From: Camelus dromedarius
Lineage: Eukaryota
Direction: 5' to 3'
Assembly (NCBI RefSeq): GCF_036321535.1
Contig: NC_087436.1
Coordinates: 13,826,001-13,890,000, forward strand
DNA length: 64,000 nt
Under the pieces are notes generated by a model. It made no database searches. It saw nothing but the letters and a program-made list of their open reading frames with translations, and had not been told where the DNA came from. This document shows positions 41,942 through 55,600 of this stretch, in pieces. Position 1 is the first letter of the stretch; the number at the start of each line of letters is the position of its first letter. Made by a program: the position numbers and the translations under genes.

Positions 41942-42095
41942 AGTGGGGGAGGGTATAGCTCAGTGGTAGAGTGAGTGCTTAGCATGCACGAGGTCCTGGG
42001 TTCAATCCCCAGTGTCTCCATTAAAAACAAACAAACAAACCAAATTACCTACCCTCCCGCAAAAAAAACCAAACAAATATAAAAAAGGTCTTTAA
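41942..42095 (+). mobile_element. tRNA-derived SINE (Vic-1-like, camelid)
   Basis: GGGGAGGGTATAGCTCAGTGGTAGAG (A box) ... GGGTTCAATCCCC (B box), A-rich tail, TSD AAAAATTCACA at 41931-41 and 42096-106. Confidence 0.88.
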
Positions 42096-43171
42096 AAAAA
42101 TTCACAGAAAAACAAGAGAATGAGAACCAATATCTCTAGTGCTCTCATGGAAGATTCCACACTTTTTTTTTTTTAAAGTGATCTGCATCTTTCTCAAAAA
42201 CTGCATGGGATTATAGGGGAACACAAATTGCTTAGTTAGAACTTTAAAACACCGTACAGCACTTAAAAAGCAGGCAGAAGTCAACCAACAACTAAAAACT
42301 GGCCCCATCCAACCATAAACTCCATCAGAAATGAGAGCCTACGCTAGATGGGGAAGGAATTTGGAACTGCCACTGTGAATGCACACCAGGGTACACGAGT
42401 CTAACCAGCAGAACCTAGAAACCCACTAACTCATTTACACAGCAATAAATTTTACCAGGTGTTTCTTGATGAGTCATATAGGTAAAGCACGTAGCCTCAA
42501 AATTTTACTTTCCTCTTTTATCTCTGTCCACTCTCAATACTGCAGTTCCCCAGGGTTCTCAATTGATCCCCTCATTGCCTCACACCTTTTCTCTGATCTC
42601 AGCTGTTTTCATGGTTTTAACAAACACCTACGCTGAGATCTCAAATCTATACATCACTGGACTTAGTGTGCACCTGAGCTTCAATCTCATGTATCTACCT
42701 GCCTGCTGAACAGACTTCCAACTCAGGAGGTCTACAATGACCTGTTCCTCTCCCACGTCTACTGCCCAAACCTGCTGTTCTGGATCTTAAGTTCAGTTGG
42801 ATACCAACCACCTTGTTACCCAAGCCAGAGGCCTGGCAGTCACCCTGGTTTCCTCCATCTCTCTTACTCCATATCCAACCAATCACCAGGTTCTGGCGAG
42901 TGCACTGCAGTCCCATAAGTACAACACAAGGTAAATTAATAAAAGGAATTCTGTGATAACCATTTACTGCTTTGTTTGGAGAGATAAACCAGAAAAGCCT
43001 CAGCCAGGCGAGTTCCAAGAAAGCATCTACTCTGAAGAGCAGTTCACTAAACCTCGGGTACAGAGCTAGAGCACAACACTACTTGATTACCCTCCCTTCA
43101 CACCGGCCTTGGCAGCATAATAAAGCAAGCCATTCACATCCAGTTAGAAGGTCCATTCAGCTCATTCCTCT

Positions 43172-43355
43172 GGTCCAGTTGGTCTCAAACTTCCACATAG
43201 ATCAGAATCATCTCAGGAGCATTTAAAAGTAACTGATGCCCAAGCACATCCCATATGAAATGAATCAGAATCTCTGAGACGGCGCTATGGCCTGAACATG
43301 TATATTTTAAAAATCGTGAGGTGTTTTAATTGTGCCCCGGGATTGAGAACACAGC
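43172..43355 (+). mobile_element. MER5-like hAT MITE
   Basis: cagttggtctcaaactt...atcagaatcatctcaggagc...tgaatcagaatctctg...gattgagaacac. Confidence 0.65.
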
Positions 43356-44899
43356 TCTTCTCAGCCCAGAACCTGGGTTATGTCAAGGGCAGTGAAAATC
43401 CTTTCAGGACTCCAGTCTGTGGCTGCATCAGTGGAAAATAGATACAAAGCCTCAGAAAAGGCTACCATTTTGGTATTATTATAAATTGCTCGAGAGACCA
43501 CAGACTCCACAAGAATCTGCCATGCAGAGGGCAGGCAATGAGGAGAATCTAGTGTCCTGAGAGCTCACAGTTTTAAGAAAGCTCTTTTCTCTCAGCTCAG
43601 CAGCTGTAAAACTTACTCAGGAAATACGGATGAGCTGTATCATCTGTTAACACGGATTTCAGGCTAATTTATTCATCAGCCTCCTTCGTGAGAAGTAGTT
43701 TTTTTTTTATTATTAACCACAGCAGGAGAGTACCATGGCCAGAATTAAAGTAACTAATGTAAATGGATGCCATATTAATCCATATTTAGAAATTTCTCCA
43801 AAAAAAAAATCTGCAAGGGCTCATTTAATATTTAAGATTAAAGAAAATCTCCTGATAGTATGTTAAAGATCCAACCAAATTAGTAAGTAAGAGGACTAAA
43901 CAGTTAAGGATGGGGGAGGAATCTTCTCCAATTAGGAGTTAGAAAATCCCTAATGTCAGTCCTGTTATCAACTGCAATAAAATAGTGAAAAATTAAAAGG
44001 AGAAACCTGGGGCCCTCAGAAGTGGCAGACCACCCTGCAGTTCTCCAATTCCAAAAACATGCCTGGACTTACAACAACTCCACCCAGCAAGCCCAACCAA
44101 ATTGGAACAAACAACTATTAATTCAAAATAAGGGAAGAGAACAAGTTACCTTTGATCAACATAATTCGAAACTTATTTCTTAGTAATATGTGACAATAAG
44201 TATGTATCTTACCAAAAGTTTTTAGTATTAGATGATTCAGGTGTAGAGAGAGCTTAAGTAAAAAGACAAAAACAAAAAAAATTTCACACACGTGTGCTGC
44301 ATAGTTCTCAGTTGTATCAGGCCAGTGGCTCTATAAGGAGAAATAGATACCACAGAGCACTGGTAACAGATTTAAGCGTAAACCTGTTTGGCTTCTTGTA
44401 TCATTTAATGCCCAGGTGGCTGGGTTGTTGGTTTAACCACAAAGAAGCCGTTATCAGTTATAATTACATCTGGACAAGTATCCTCAAATAAACACCGTAC
44501 AACCCAGGTCCCTGTCCACCATCAGCTTGCAAAATAACGGCCACTTAATTAAGATATTAAAATCTTAGATCTATTTCACTACATGTTGATTCTCTACCAA
44601 TAGAAGCGAGGGGTGGGATGAAACTGAAGGTTTATGAAAATGACTGGATGAGCAGAAAGACATTAAATTCATAAAAGGAGACAATCTGGTATCTTACCAA
44701 GACTTAAACCATTATGGCATGCAAGGAAAACTAAGTCTGTACGGTGCTTCCCTAACAAAGCGACTCTCCCTACCAGCCGGCCGTCCTTTTGAAGCACAAA
44801 ACGGCAGCGATTCCTGCCCTTTGTTAAAAACAAAAAACAAAAAAAAAAAAAACACATTTTCACAGAAATCATCTAACTGGCATAAAGTGAAGATTCGTT

Positions 44900-45734
44900 A
44901 GGTTACTCTGGAAATCGTGCGCGATCCTGAAATGCGCTCTACCGATTACAACATGAAAGCACTCAAACGGCAAAGACCAACCGAGCCACTTGGGAGCCGA
45001 GGCGGCCCCGGCCCTGCCCGCCGACACCAACTCCTCCGGTTCTCATCCCGCGGCTGCGCCTTTAGCGGCGAGGAGCTGCTCCGGAGTGACTCGTGGTCTT
45101 TCTGCCGGCCAGACTGCAGGGTCTGGGAGATACTCGGGGCACGTTCTCGAACGCTCCCGTCTTTAACCTAACCCGCCCGGGAGGGCGCCGGGGCAGACGG
45201 GCGGGGGTCCCAGCGCGGCGCCTCAGCCTCCCGGCTCGGGCCGCGGGAGCCGGAAAGCGTGGGGTGGCCGGGGGGTGTCCACCGGGCGAGGGAGCGGCCC
45301 CACAGCCCGCCAGGGCGGCCAACACCGAACCGGGGTCCCACGCGGCCGAGGGGCTCGGCGGCCCGGTGACTGGGGAGGAGGGGGACCGCGGGGCGAGCTC
45401 CCGGCTCTTACCATGGCGCGGGCGGCGCGGCTTCCGGCGGCGGGGCCTGCGCGCGGCAGGGGCGGGGCGCGCAAGCGGGTTTGATTTTGGCGCCAACACC
45501 GCCCCGGGGGCGGAGCAGAGGAGAGGAGGCGGGGAAGAGAGGCCGGCCCTCACCCCAACGGCGTGCAGCGTCCCCTGGCGTCTCCGTCAAGCGGCCGGGC
45601 GGGGCGGGGCGGGGCCTTTCCTGGGGGCGGGGCCTGCCTGGCCGGCCGGCCTCCGCTTGGTTGACTCCAGCTGCTGGCGAGCTAGGTCTCCCAGCTGCTT
45701 CCGCCTCTTCCGTTCTCCGCGCCGAAAGTGCCTC

Positions 45735-45766
<32 letters not shown>

Positions 45767-45900
45767 GCCTTGAGTCCTCGCTTTTAGGTCGTTCCTCGCT
45801 TAGCGGAAACGCGGCCTAAGTTTGCCTTAAAAAACAGGCAGTTTGGCTGCTGGGGAAGGAAACACAGCATCCCAACATCCGGATTTGCCAGGTCTGGGGC
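44900..45900 (-). promoter_or_regulatory. MND1: CpG-island promoter of MND1
   Basis: The only strongly GC/CpG-rich block in the window; spans exon 1. Tandem GC boxes (GGGGCGGGGC) at about 45597-45633, E2F-type TTTGGCGC at 45486-93, ETS-type CTTCCGG at 45431-37. Confidence 0.9.
45412..45414 (-). CDS. MND1: MND1 exon 1 coding part (ATG only)
   Basis: cgcgccATG|gtaagag: Kozak-like GCC ATG directly followed by a strong donor. Joins exon 2 in phase 0 to give MSKKKGLS. Confidence 0.9.
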
Positions 45901-46660
45901 GGCTTCTCTCTAATTTCATGTCTCATCTTCCCCATCGCTGTCCACAGCTTTTACAGCTTTTAAAAATCAGTTTGTATGTTTGTCTTTCCCTTAGTTTTTT
46001 TTTTTTAATAAAGGAGAATGAATTTTAAATCAAAACGGTCGAAAATAGAATACGTCGTTACTTGACAACAGATAAGGATTCAGATCAAAAGCTCAGGTCC
46101 CTTTGCCTCAAGGTGACATTAACTCAGACCTTTCAGTTATTTTGAAAATAATTGTACGGGATTTTGAACCATTTTAAAGTTTAATTTTACTAGAAACAAC
46201 GAGTGGCATCTAATACAGGAATTTGTCCCTGTTGCATCTTATGGAAGCACAGTAAGGGAATATATATATATAATTGCTTAGAGTTCTATTTAGTTTTTCC
46301 TTGAGTTCAATACAATTCAATTGATGGTACATGAGAAGATTTAAAAATTGTAAAACGGTAGACATTTAGAAAGTGTTTTAATATTAGAACTAGAAAATGT
46401 GTAATTATACGCCATACCCTAGAATTCTCATGCATTAAGATACAGCTGAAGTAGGTACGTCACTCAGAAGTGAAAGTGACATTTAAGAAAACTATGAAGT
46501 ACTTACACTAGTGCTGTACAGAGTTTTCAAAAATCATAAAGGTGGCATTTGTGGGAAGCCTTGCCTTTGCTCTGTCTGCCCCACCTCATCTGCTCCATGA
46601 AGAACAGCCTTTCTTCACCTGGCTAACTCTTAACCATCCTTTAAATAGCTTAAGTGAGCC

Positions 46661-47306
46661 TGTCACACAGGAAGGGGACAGGGCACCGACATTCAAGGAA
46701 TGACACAACCATTAACACCAAGATGGCAGAAAATTCAACTCCCAGTAGACCTTGAGAGCCAAGATGGAGATTTGGCTTCCAGTAGACCTTGAACTTCATT
46801 ATACGCTCACTGTAATATATTAACATGGTAGTCTTCCCACAGACGCCATGACAGTTCTGAGGCTGACCATAAAAGGTCAAAAAGTGGGCAGTGGCCCAAT
46901 TCCTGGGAATCCCAGCCCCCTCCCCAAAGTATTTGGAATAGTCCTCCCACTTGTTAGCATATGGGGTTATCAAGCATGTAAAAACTAGCAACACCACCCC
47001 TTGGGGGAACTCTTTTTTCTGAGATGGACCACCGTCTGTCTATGGAGTGTATATCAACATTCACTTTAAACTGAGCACCCAATTCCCACACCTCATGGCC
47101 TTTCTCTCACCTTCTGAGACAGCCTGCATCCTGTCTATGGAGTATGTATCTCTCTGAATAAATCTACCTTTACTCAACTGTGGCTCACTCTTGAATTCTT
47201 TCCTGTGTGAAGCTAAGGACCCACACTTGATGGGATTTGTCCCAGAGACTCAACCGAGACCTAGGACATGGCCATCCTCTCGCCCCACATTCTTTTTCCT
47301 GTGTCA
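46661..47306 (+). mobile_element. ERV1-class solo LTR, MER41-like
   Basis: TG...CA termini, internal direct repeats (ccaagatgg...ccagtagaccttga x2; ctgtctatggagt x2), AATAAA at 47157-62 followed by ctcttgaattctttcctgtgtgaagc. It interrupts an L2-like tract. Confidence 0.75.
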
Positions 47307-48247
47307 CCTCCAGGAATCTTTTTCTCTCTGCCTCTTCACCCCCATCCCACAAGCAGATAGGATCTCTGTAGTTTTATCACAGCACCCCAGATCCATTTTG
47401 TAATTATTTACTTGGACAGCTTCCCTATAATGTCAGAGACTAAACCAACCAGTTTTGTATCACCAAAGCCTAGCACAGTGCCTGACATGTGATGAACACT
47501 CAGTAAATGTGTATTAAATAAATATACCAGGTATCCAAGAGCACCATCTTGTCCTTGACTTAGAAATATCGTGATACAATTTTCAGGTGAAAACCCGAAG
47601 GATATTTTGCTTTTAAAAATCTTTATTTGCATTGAGTAGTTCTTTCCCATTTACTATTTTCACCAGTATGATTCTGAAATCATCTGATATACCATGCAGA
47701 TGTCTTGAGACACTCCAAATTTTGCAAGATTACAGGGCAGGCAGATGTGGTGTATAAGTTAAGTATAAAAGGAAATAAATATTTGTAGCATCTGAGAAAT
47801 ACTCATGAATTTGGATCTTGTATCTACCATCTTACATTTGTTACACTACCCAAATGGCATTTGTTTATTGCACACATTTGTGTTTTACAAAATCCTTAAG
47901 CATACATCAATTCCACTTTTTAAAATCTGAGTATCTGCTGCCTGCAGAATGTGTGAGGATGAACCAGAAAGCCCACACACACCCTTAAGCAGTTTATACT
48001 CCAGCCATTGCTGCCCTTCCATCTGGGCACCTGGCCCTCACCCTAGACCTTGCTCTGTAGAGGCCATGTTGGCCCCACCCCAGCCACATCCTGCCCCATA
48101 GCCAAGGGGTCTGCAGGGTCAAAGGGACATACCCATCTATTACCCACAACCTTCCTTCTAGATCAGGAACCTAGGAACCCAGTATCCCCTGCTTATCTTA
48201 GATTGAGTACCCAGAAAAACAAAGCCTGAGACAAAGATGTGCTGGTA

Positions 48248-50049
48248 CAGGCACCCCTCTTTTTCTTATGCTTCACTTATTGCCCTTAGCAGATACTGTG
48301 TTGTTTACAAATTGAAGGTTTGTGGCAACCCCGCACCCAGCAAGGCTATCAATGCCATTTTTCCAACAGCATTGGCTCACTTTGTGTCTCTGTGTCACAT
48401 TTTGGGAATTCCTGCAGTATTTCTAACTTTTTCATTATTATTATATCTGTTCTGATGATCTGTGATCAATGATTTTTGATGTTACTATTGTAACTGTTTC
48501 AGGGCACCACAGACCATGCCCATGTAAGACAGAGAGCTTGTTATGTGTGTTCTGACCACTCCACTGGCTATTTCCTCATCTCTCTACCTTCCCTCGGGCC
48601 TCCCTATTCCCTGAGACAAAACAGTATTGAAACTAGGCCAGTAAATAACTGTACAATGGCTGCTAAGTGTTCAAGTGAAAGAAAGAGTCACAGGTCTCTC
48701 GCTTTAAATCAAAAGCTGGAACAGACTAAGCTTGATGAGGAAGGCCTGTCAAGAGCAGGGGCAAGCTGAAAGCTAGGCTCTTTCACCAAACAGCCACATT
48801 GTGAATGCAAAGGGGAAAAAAATTAGAAGGAAATGAAAAGTGCTACTCCAGTGAACACACAAATGATAAGAAAGTGAAACAGCCTTATACTGATATGGAG
48901 AAAGTTTGAGTGATCTGGATAAAAGATCAAAACAGTCACAACATTTCCTTAAGCCCAAGTCTAACCCAGAGCAAGGCCTCAACTCTTTTCAAAAGAGATC
49001 AAATCAGGTCAGGGAAAAGATTCCTTTAAAAATATTCCTGCTCATTGACTGTGCACCTGGCTACCCAAGAACTCTGATGGAGATGGACAACGAGATGAAT
49101 GTTTATGCCTACTAACACAACATCCATTCTGTAGCCCACGGATCAAGGGGTAATTTTGACTTCCAACTCTTAAGAAATACGTTTTGTAAGTCTATAGTTG
49201 GTGATTTTTTTTTTCTGATGAATCTGGGCAAAGTCAACTGAAAACCTTCTGGAAAGGATTCCCCATTCTAGATGCCATTAAGAATGTTTGTGATTCATGG
49301 GAAGAGGTCAAGGATGAACATTAAAAGGAGTTTGGAAGAAGTTGATTCCTATCCTCATGGATGACTTTGAGGGGTTCAAGCCTTCAGTGGAGGAAGGAAC
49401 TGCAGATGTGGTGGAAACAACAAGAGAACTAGAATTAGAAGTGGAGCCTGAAGATGACACTGAATTGCTACAATCTCATGATGACACTTGAATGGATAAG
49501 GAGTTATCCATTCTTATGGATGAGCAAAGAAAGTGGTTTCTTGAGATGGAATCTACTCCTGGTGAAGATGCTGTAAAGACTGTTGAAATGACAACAAAGT
49601 GTTTAGATATTACATAAACTTAGTTGATAAAGCAGTGGTAGGGTTTAAGAGGACTGACTCCAATTTTGAAAGACATTCCACAGTGGGTAAAATACTATCA
49701 AATAACATTACATATTACAGAGGAACCGTTCATGAAAGGAAGAGTTAATCGATGCAGCAGACTCTCCTGTCTTATTTTAAGAAATTGCCACAGCCACCCC
49801 AGCCTTCAGCAACCAGCATCCTAATCAGCCAGCAACCACCAACATGGAAGCAAGACCCTCCACCAGCATCAAGATACAACTCACTGAAAGCTCAGATGAT
49901 AGTTAGCTTTTTATTTTTAGCACTGAAGTATTTAGAAGTTAAGGTATACACATTGTCGTTTTAGACATGATGCTATTGCACACTTAATAGGCTACATACA
50001 GTAGAGTTTAAGTATATGCACTGGGAAACCAAAAAATTCATGACTTGCT
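48248..50049 (+). mobile_element. Tigger1 DNA transposon, internally deleted, right end missing
   Basis: TA|caggcaccc...ttacaaattgaaggtttgtggcaacc start; transposase remnants (KIFLLIDCAPGYPRTLMEM; gatcaaggggtaattttgacttcc). Confidence 0.9.
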
Positions 50050-52699
50050 CTGGGAGTGAGGAAGCAATGAGGATGAAACAGTTTCCACTTGAGCCACTTG
50101 CCTCTGAGGTGTCCAGGAAGGAAGAGCCACAAATGACTTTCACTTTTCAGTTTGGGCATTTAAAAATCTTTATAAACCCATCTTTTTTGCCCAAGAGGAT
50201 GGAAGTTTGTGGACGTCTCAAGAAAACATAGGAGAGACAACACCTGAGGACAGAACTCACTGGACAGGATGCTCTGAAGCTTTAGGTGCCTCCCGGGCCC
50301 TTTGCTTTCTGAGCCTTGAAACTCCCAGCATTCTTTCTGCTTACAGTTGTGGTTCTTGCCAAATCCACCTGATGAACTCTCTTCCAGCTGGGCCATACAA
50401 CCAGACCAGGGTGCTCAAACCAAAAGCTACATGTATAGGCTGAAGATAAAGGAGGCCACTTGCCTCTGAGGTGGCCAGGATGGCCTTGGACTGTGACAAA
50501 CTGACCCAATGGGATCTTCTCTTGGAAAAAAAGCATAACCTATAGGAGAAGCTTCTTTATTAAGAAAAAAGAAAGCTTCTTCATTAGGAAGAGAAAGGAA
50601 CATCATTTGAAGGAGACAGAGAGAAGAGGTAGGAACAGAAGTAGGAGAATGAAAAACCAAGAGAGAAGAAAATTTCAAGGAAGAAATAGTCAACATTATC
50701 AACCTCTTAGTCACACTATGTCTCCTGAGTTGGAGGTGACAATACTCTGATGTCATTTGTGCAGAGCATTAGTTTCAAGGGTGGAAAGATCAAAACTGGT
50801 TCCTGGGGGCCAAAAAAATCTTGGTTTGTGAACCTCCAAAGAGCTGTAGCACAGAAACAAATATAAAGTATATCTCTGGTATTAAAATGTCATGGGGTGG
50901 GAGTGAGGAGTGATTAAGAAAAATTAGGAAAAATATGTCTATAAAAGCTCCTTGGGGGAATGATAACGGGGAGAAAGGCTGAGAAAACTGGTAGAGAGTG
51001 AGAATATAATTTCACATTCAAATGAGGACACTCTTGGGGATGAAAAACTGCTCTTTATAATTATGCTGGGACAGTAAGTATAAAGCAGGACTATCCCAAT
51101 CAATTATGTGATAAACTTGGATTTTCCATCATGCCTTATTGACACTTCTTTTATTACTCTTACCTTAATTTGCTCTGTATTACAATAATTGATGCTCTTT
51201 TCATATTTCCATCTGGGATGTAAACTCCTTGAAAACACCCCCAGTAGTAGCTAAGTCATTTTTGTAACCTTGCCTCAGCTCTTATCATTTCTTCTTGACC
51301 ATCCGCTGGCCTCACGGTATTGAACATTTTGTTCTTCCCTGGACAACTCATGTGTTCTGGCCCTCTTTTAGCAAGCCTTGGCTCACAGGTGGGCCCCCCA
51401 ACACCACCTCTCTGCCTTCTCCCAGGATGTGCTCTCAGTTGCCAGCATCCCTGGCTCCACCCAGCAACCCTTGCCACCCTCCACTCCTGGTGAGGGGCTG
51501 GGCACAAGCATGGGGCGAGTGTGAGTCGCGGCGTGGGGTCTCAGGTGTATGTGAGGGTCTTTGTTTACCCAGCGAGTATCCTTCTACCTAAGGGAGCGTG
51601 ACATTAAGTAGCGAATAAACACCCACCACCACAGGTTGAAACGGAGACCACAAGAAAGGAAAAAGTCTCTTTCATTCCTTTTGAACCAGGAGCTTTGTAT
51701 TTTTATTTTGTACTAGGTGTCACAAATTATGTAGCCAACCCTACATATATTCACATAAGTCTCACCAAAGTAGAATAAAGCTCCATGAGAACAGGCCTTT
51801 TTTATTTACTGCTGTTCCCCAGTGGCGAGAACAGGACCCAAGCATACTAGACTCAGCAAATATTTGCTAATGTAGGTCTATAAAGGCAGCTCACAGTATT
51901 GTAATTACCTGGTCTCGTTCTCCAACCAGACTGTGAGTTCTCAGAAGTTACAGGCTTTATTTTTCATCCTAACAGCCTTTTAACCCCTAGCCCAAAGTGT
52001 GGTGTACCATAGGTGGTCGGACATTTGTTCAGATTATAGCAGCAAAAAAGAAAGAGCGAGCTGGGGTTGACAATAGAATGTTGATTGTCCTTCCTGCCTC
52101 TTAACCTAGGCGATAACAAACTACAGCTTTAATTGAACCCTTTGTCTGCTCTGGAAAGCGATGCCTCTGGCTTTACGTGAACCGAGTTCCTAAAAAGCAA
52201 TCTGAGATATGCTAAAACCTGGGGCAAGTGGCTTATATCAGGAATGCCCTACTCTCAGTCTGGCTCTGAAAACCTCCAAAGAGCCCATGATTGCAACAGT
52301 ATCTGCTTGGTTAAAAGAAAAAAAAAAATAAATGAAGAATGGAATTAGCTGTCAATAATATCAATGTTCACAATTACTAGTTAGCAGTGCCACATTTTGT
52401 CATTTTCTCATTTTTGTTGTTTCATCTCTCCTTCCAAGACTAATTTAGGTCATCTCTTTCTGACTTTCAATCTATGATGAATTTGTTTCAACCCTCCAAA
52501 AAACAAAACAACAAAATTTTTGGAGTGTCCCTCCATTTTTAACAGGCTACTCTAATTATGATAAACTTAGTTTTCATTTCATTACACAAAATACAAATCA
52601 CAGGCTTAATGAAAAACCAAAAAGCCTATAAATACATCAGGAAAAATGTTGTATGCATAACTGTAAGTCAACTACTTGTTTACAATCAATGAAGAAAGA

Positions 52700-55600
52700 C
52701 AAGAGTCCTTTACAAGAATTAGTCCTGAGGCCTCGCGAATTTCTGAAGCCAGCCACCCTGTGACCCCGTCCCACCAACCAGTGGTCAGCGGCCTCCCCAT
52801 AAGGCAGGGCCTGACAGCTAACCAGACCAGGGGCAAGTCACGCCTACTGGACCACCCATAGTAGTCAGCCCACACAACAGAAGGACCCACGCAGCCCATA
52901 CGGAGACACTCCTAGAGCATACAGCTCTGGTGACCAGAGGGGAGTGTGCTGCTGGGATGCACAGGACGTCTCCTAAAAAAGACCAGTCCTCCTAGGTCCA
53001 GAAACGTAACCAACCTACCAGATAAGACAGAAATAAAAAAGCAAGTTAGGCAAGATGAGGTGACAGATAAACATGTTCCAAATGAAGAAACAAGATGAAA
53101 CCCCAGAAGAACTAAATGAAATGGAGAAAGGCAATCTACTCTAGAAAGAGTTCAAGCTAATGACAGTAAATATGATCAAAGAACTCTATAGAAGAATGGA
53201 TGAACACAGTGAGAAGTTAGCAGTTTTTAACAGAGTTAGAAAACATAAAGAACAACCAAACAAGAGATGAAGAGTACAATAACTAAAATAAAAATGTATT
53301 AGAAGGCACCAACAGTAGACTAAATGATACAGAAGAATGGATCTGTGAGATGGAAGACAGAGTAGTGGAAATCACTGAAGATGAACAGAAAGAAGGATGG
53401 AGAGAAATGAAGACAGTTTAAGAGACTTCTGGGACAACATCAAGCATGCGAACATTCACATTATAGGGGTCCCAGAAGGAGGAGAGAGAGACACGGACAG
53501 AGAATATATCTGAAGGTATAATAGCTGATAACTTCCCTAACTTGGGACAGGAAACAGACATCCAAATCCAGGAAGCACAGAGAGCCCCAAACAGGATCAA
53601 CCCAAAGAGGACCACACCAAGACACACTATAATTAAATCGGCAAAAATTAAAGACAAAGAGAGAATATTAAAAGCACCATGGGTAAAGCAACAAGTTACA
53701 CACAAAGGAACTCCCATAAGGCTATCCTCTAAAGCTGACTTTTCAGCAGAAACTCTGCAGGCCAGAAGGAAGCGGCACAATATATTTAAAATGATGAAAC
53801 AGAAAAACCTACGACCAAGAATACTCTACCCAGTAAGGCTTTTATTAAGATTTGATGGAGAGATGAGAAGTTTTATAGACAAGCAAAAGCTAAAAGAGTT
53901 CAGCACAACCAAACCAGCTTTACAAGAAAGGTTAGAATTCTCTACGGAAAAGAGAAAAGGCCACAACTAGAAACATGAAGATTATGAAAGGAAAAAGCTC
54001 ACTGGAAAAGGCAAATATACAGTAACGGTAGTAAATCAACCACGTTCAAAGCTAGTAAGGAGGTTAAAAGATGAAAGTAGTAAAGTCATCTATATCCACA
54101 TTAAGCAGTTAGGGGACACACAAAACAGACAGATATAAAATACGTCAAAAACAGCAATTGCGAAGGGAGGAGCAAAAACGCAGGGCTGTTAAAATGTGTT
54201 TGAAACTAAGAATCAGCAACTTAAAATAATCATGTGTGTGTGTGTGTGTATATACCTCATGATAACCACAAACTAAAAATCTATTATAGATATACACACA
54301 AAAAAGAGAAAGAAATCCAAACATTAACTATAGTCATCAAATCATAAGTGAAGAGAAGAAAGGAAGAGAGGAACAAAAAAGAACTATAGCACAATGAACA
54401 AAATGGCAATAAATACATACATGTCAATAATTTAAATGTAAACGGATTAAGTGCTCTAATCAAAAGACAGAGTGGTTGAACGGACACAAAAACAAGACCC
54501 ATAAATATGCTGCCTACAAGGAACTCACTTCAAATCTAAAGACACACAAAGACTGAACGTGAGGGGATAGAAAAAGGTATCCCATGCAAATGTGAAAAAA
54601 AAAGTCAGGGTTGTATTACTAATATCAGAGAAAATTGACTTTAAAAGAAAGACTATTACAAGAGACAAAGAAGGACATTACATAATGATTAAGGGATCAA
54701 TCCAAGAGGAGGATATAACAACTGTAAATACATATGCACCCAGCATAGGACCACTTATATACAAAAAGCAAATATTAACAGACATAAAGGGAGAAACTGA
54801 CAGTAACATAATAATAGTAGGGGACTTTTAATATCCCACTTATATCAATACACAGATCATCCAGACAGAAAATCAATATAGAAACACTGGCCTTAAATGA
54901 CATATGAGATCTGATGGACTTAATAGATATTTATGGAACATACCATCCAAAAGCAACAGGATATATCTTCTTTTCAAATACATGGACTGTTCTCCAGGAC
55001 AGATCACACGCTAGTCCATGAAATAAGTCTTGGTAAATTTAAGAGTACTGAAATCATATCAAGCATCTTTTTTGACCACAATGCTATGAGACTGGAAATC
55101 AACTATAAGAAAAAAAACTGCAAAAACACAAACAGGTGGAGGCTAAACGATATGCTACTAAACAACCAGTGGGTCACCGAAGAAATCAAAGAAGAAATTA
55201 AAAAATACCTGGAGACAAAGGAAAATGAAAACACAACAATCCAAAATCCACGGGATGCAGCAAAAGCAGTTCTAAGAGAGAGGTTTATAGAACAGCAAGA
55301 CCAGGATCAGATGACTTTACAGGTGAGTTCTACCAAACATTTAGAGAAGAGTTAACATCTATCCTTGTCAAACTATTCCAAAAAACTGCAGAGGAAGGAA
55401 CACTTCTGAACTCATTCTATGAGGCCAGCAGCACCCTGATAACAAAACCAGACAAAGATATGACCAAAAAAAAAAAAAATTATAGGCCAGTATCACTGAG
55501 GGACATAGATGCAAAAATCCTCAACAAAATATTAGCAAACTGAATCCAGCAATACATTAAAACGATCACACACCATGATCGAGTGGGATTTATCCCAGGG

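Noticed and set aside
41945..42020. tRNA-like sequences here and at 63468 as tRNA genes
   Set aside because: Followed by SINE linker and A-rich tail and bounded by TSDs; these are SINE heads
44917..45819. Cluster of long overlapping ORFs (up to 226 aa) on both strands
   Set aside because: Low-complexity Arg/Gly/Pro/Ala ORFs arising from stop-codon scarcity in the CpG island; no recognisable domain
48248..50049. Tigger1 as a domesticated transposase gene
   Set aside because: Internal deletion, fragmented ORFs and missing right TIR
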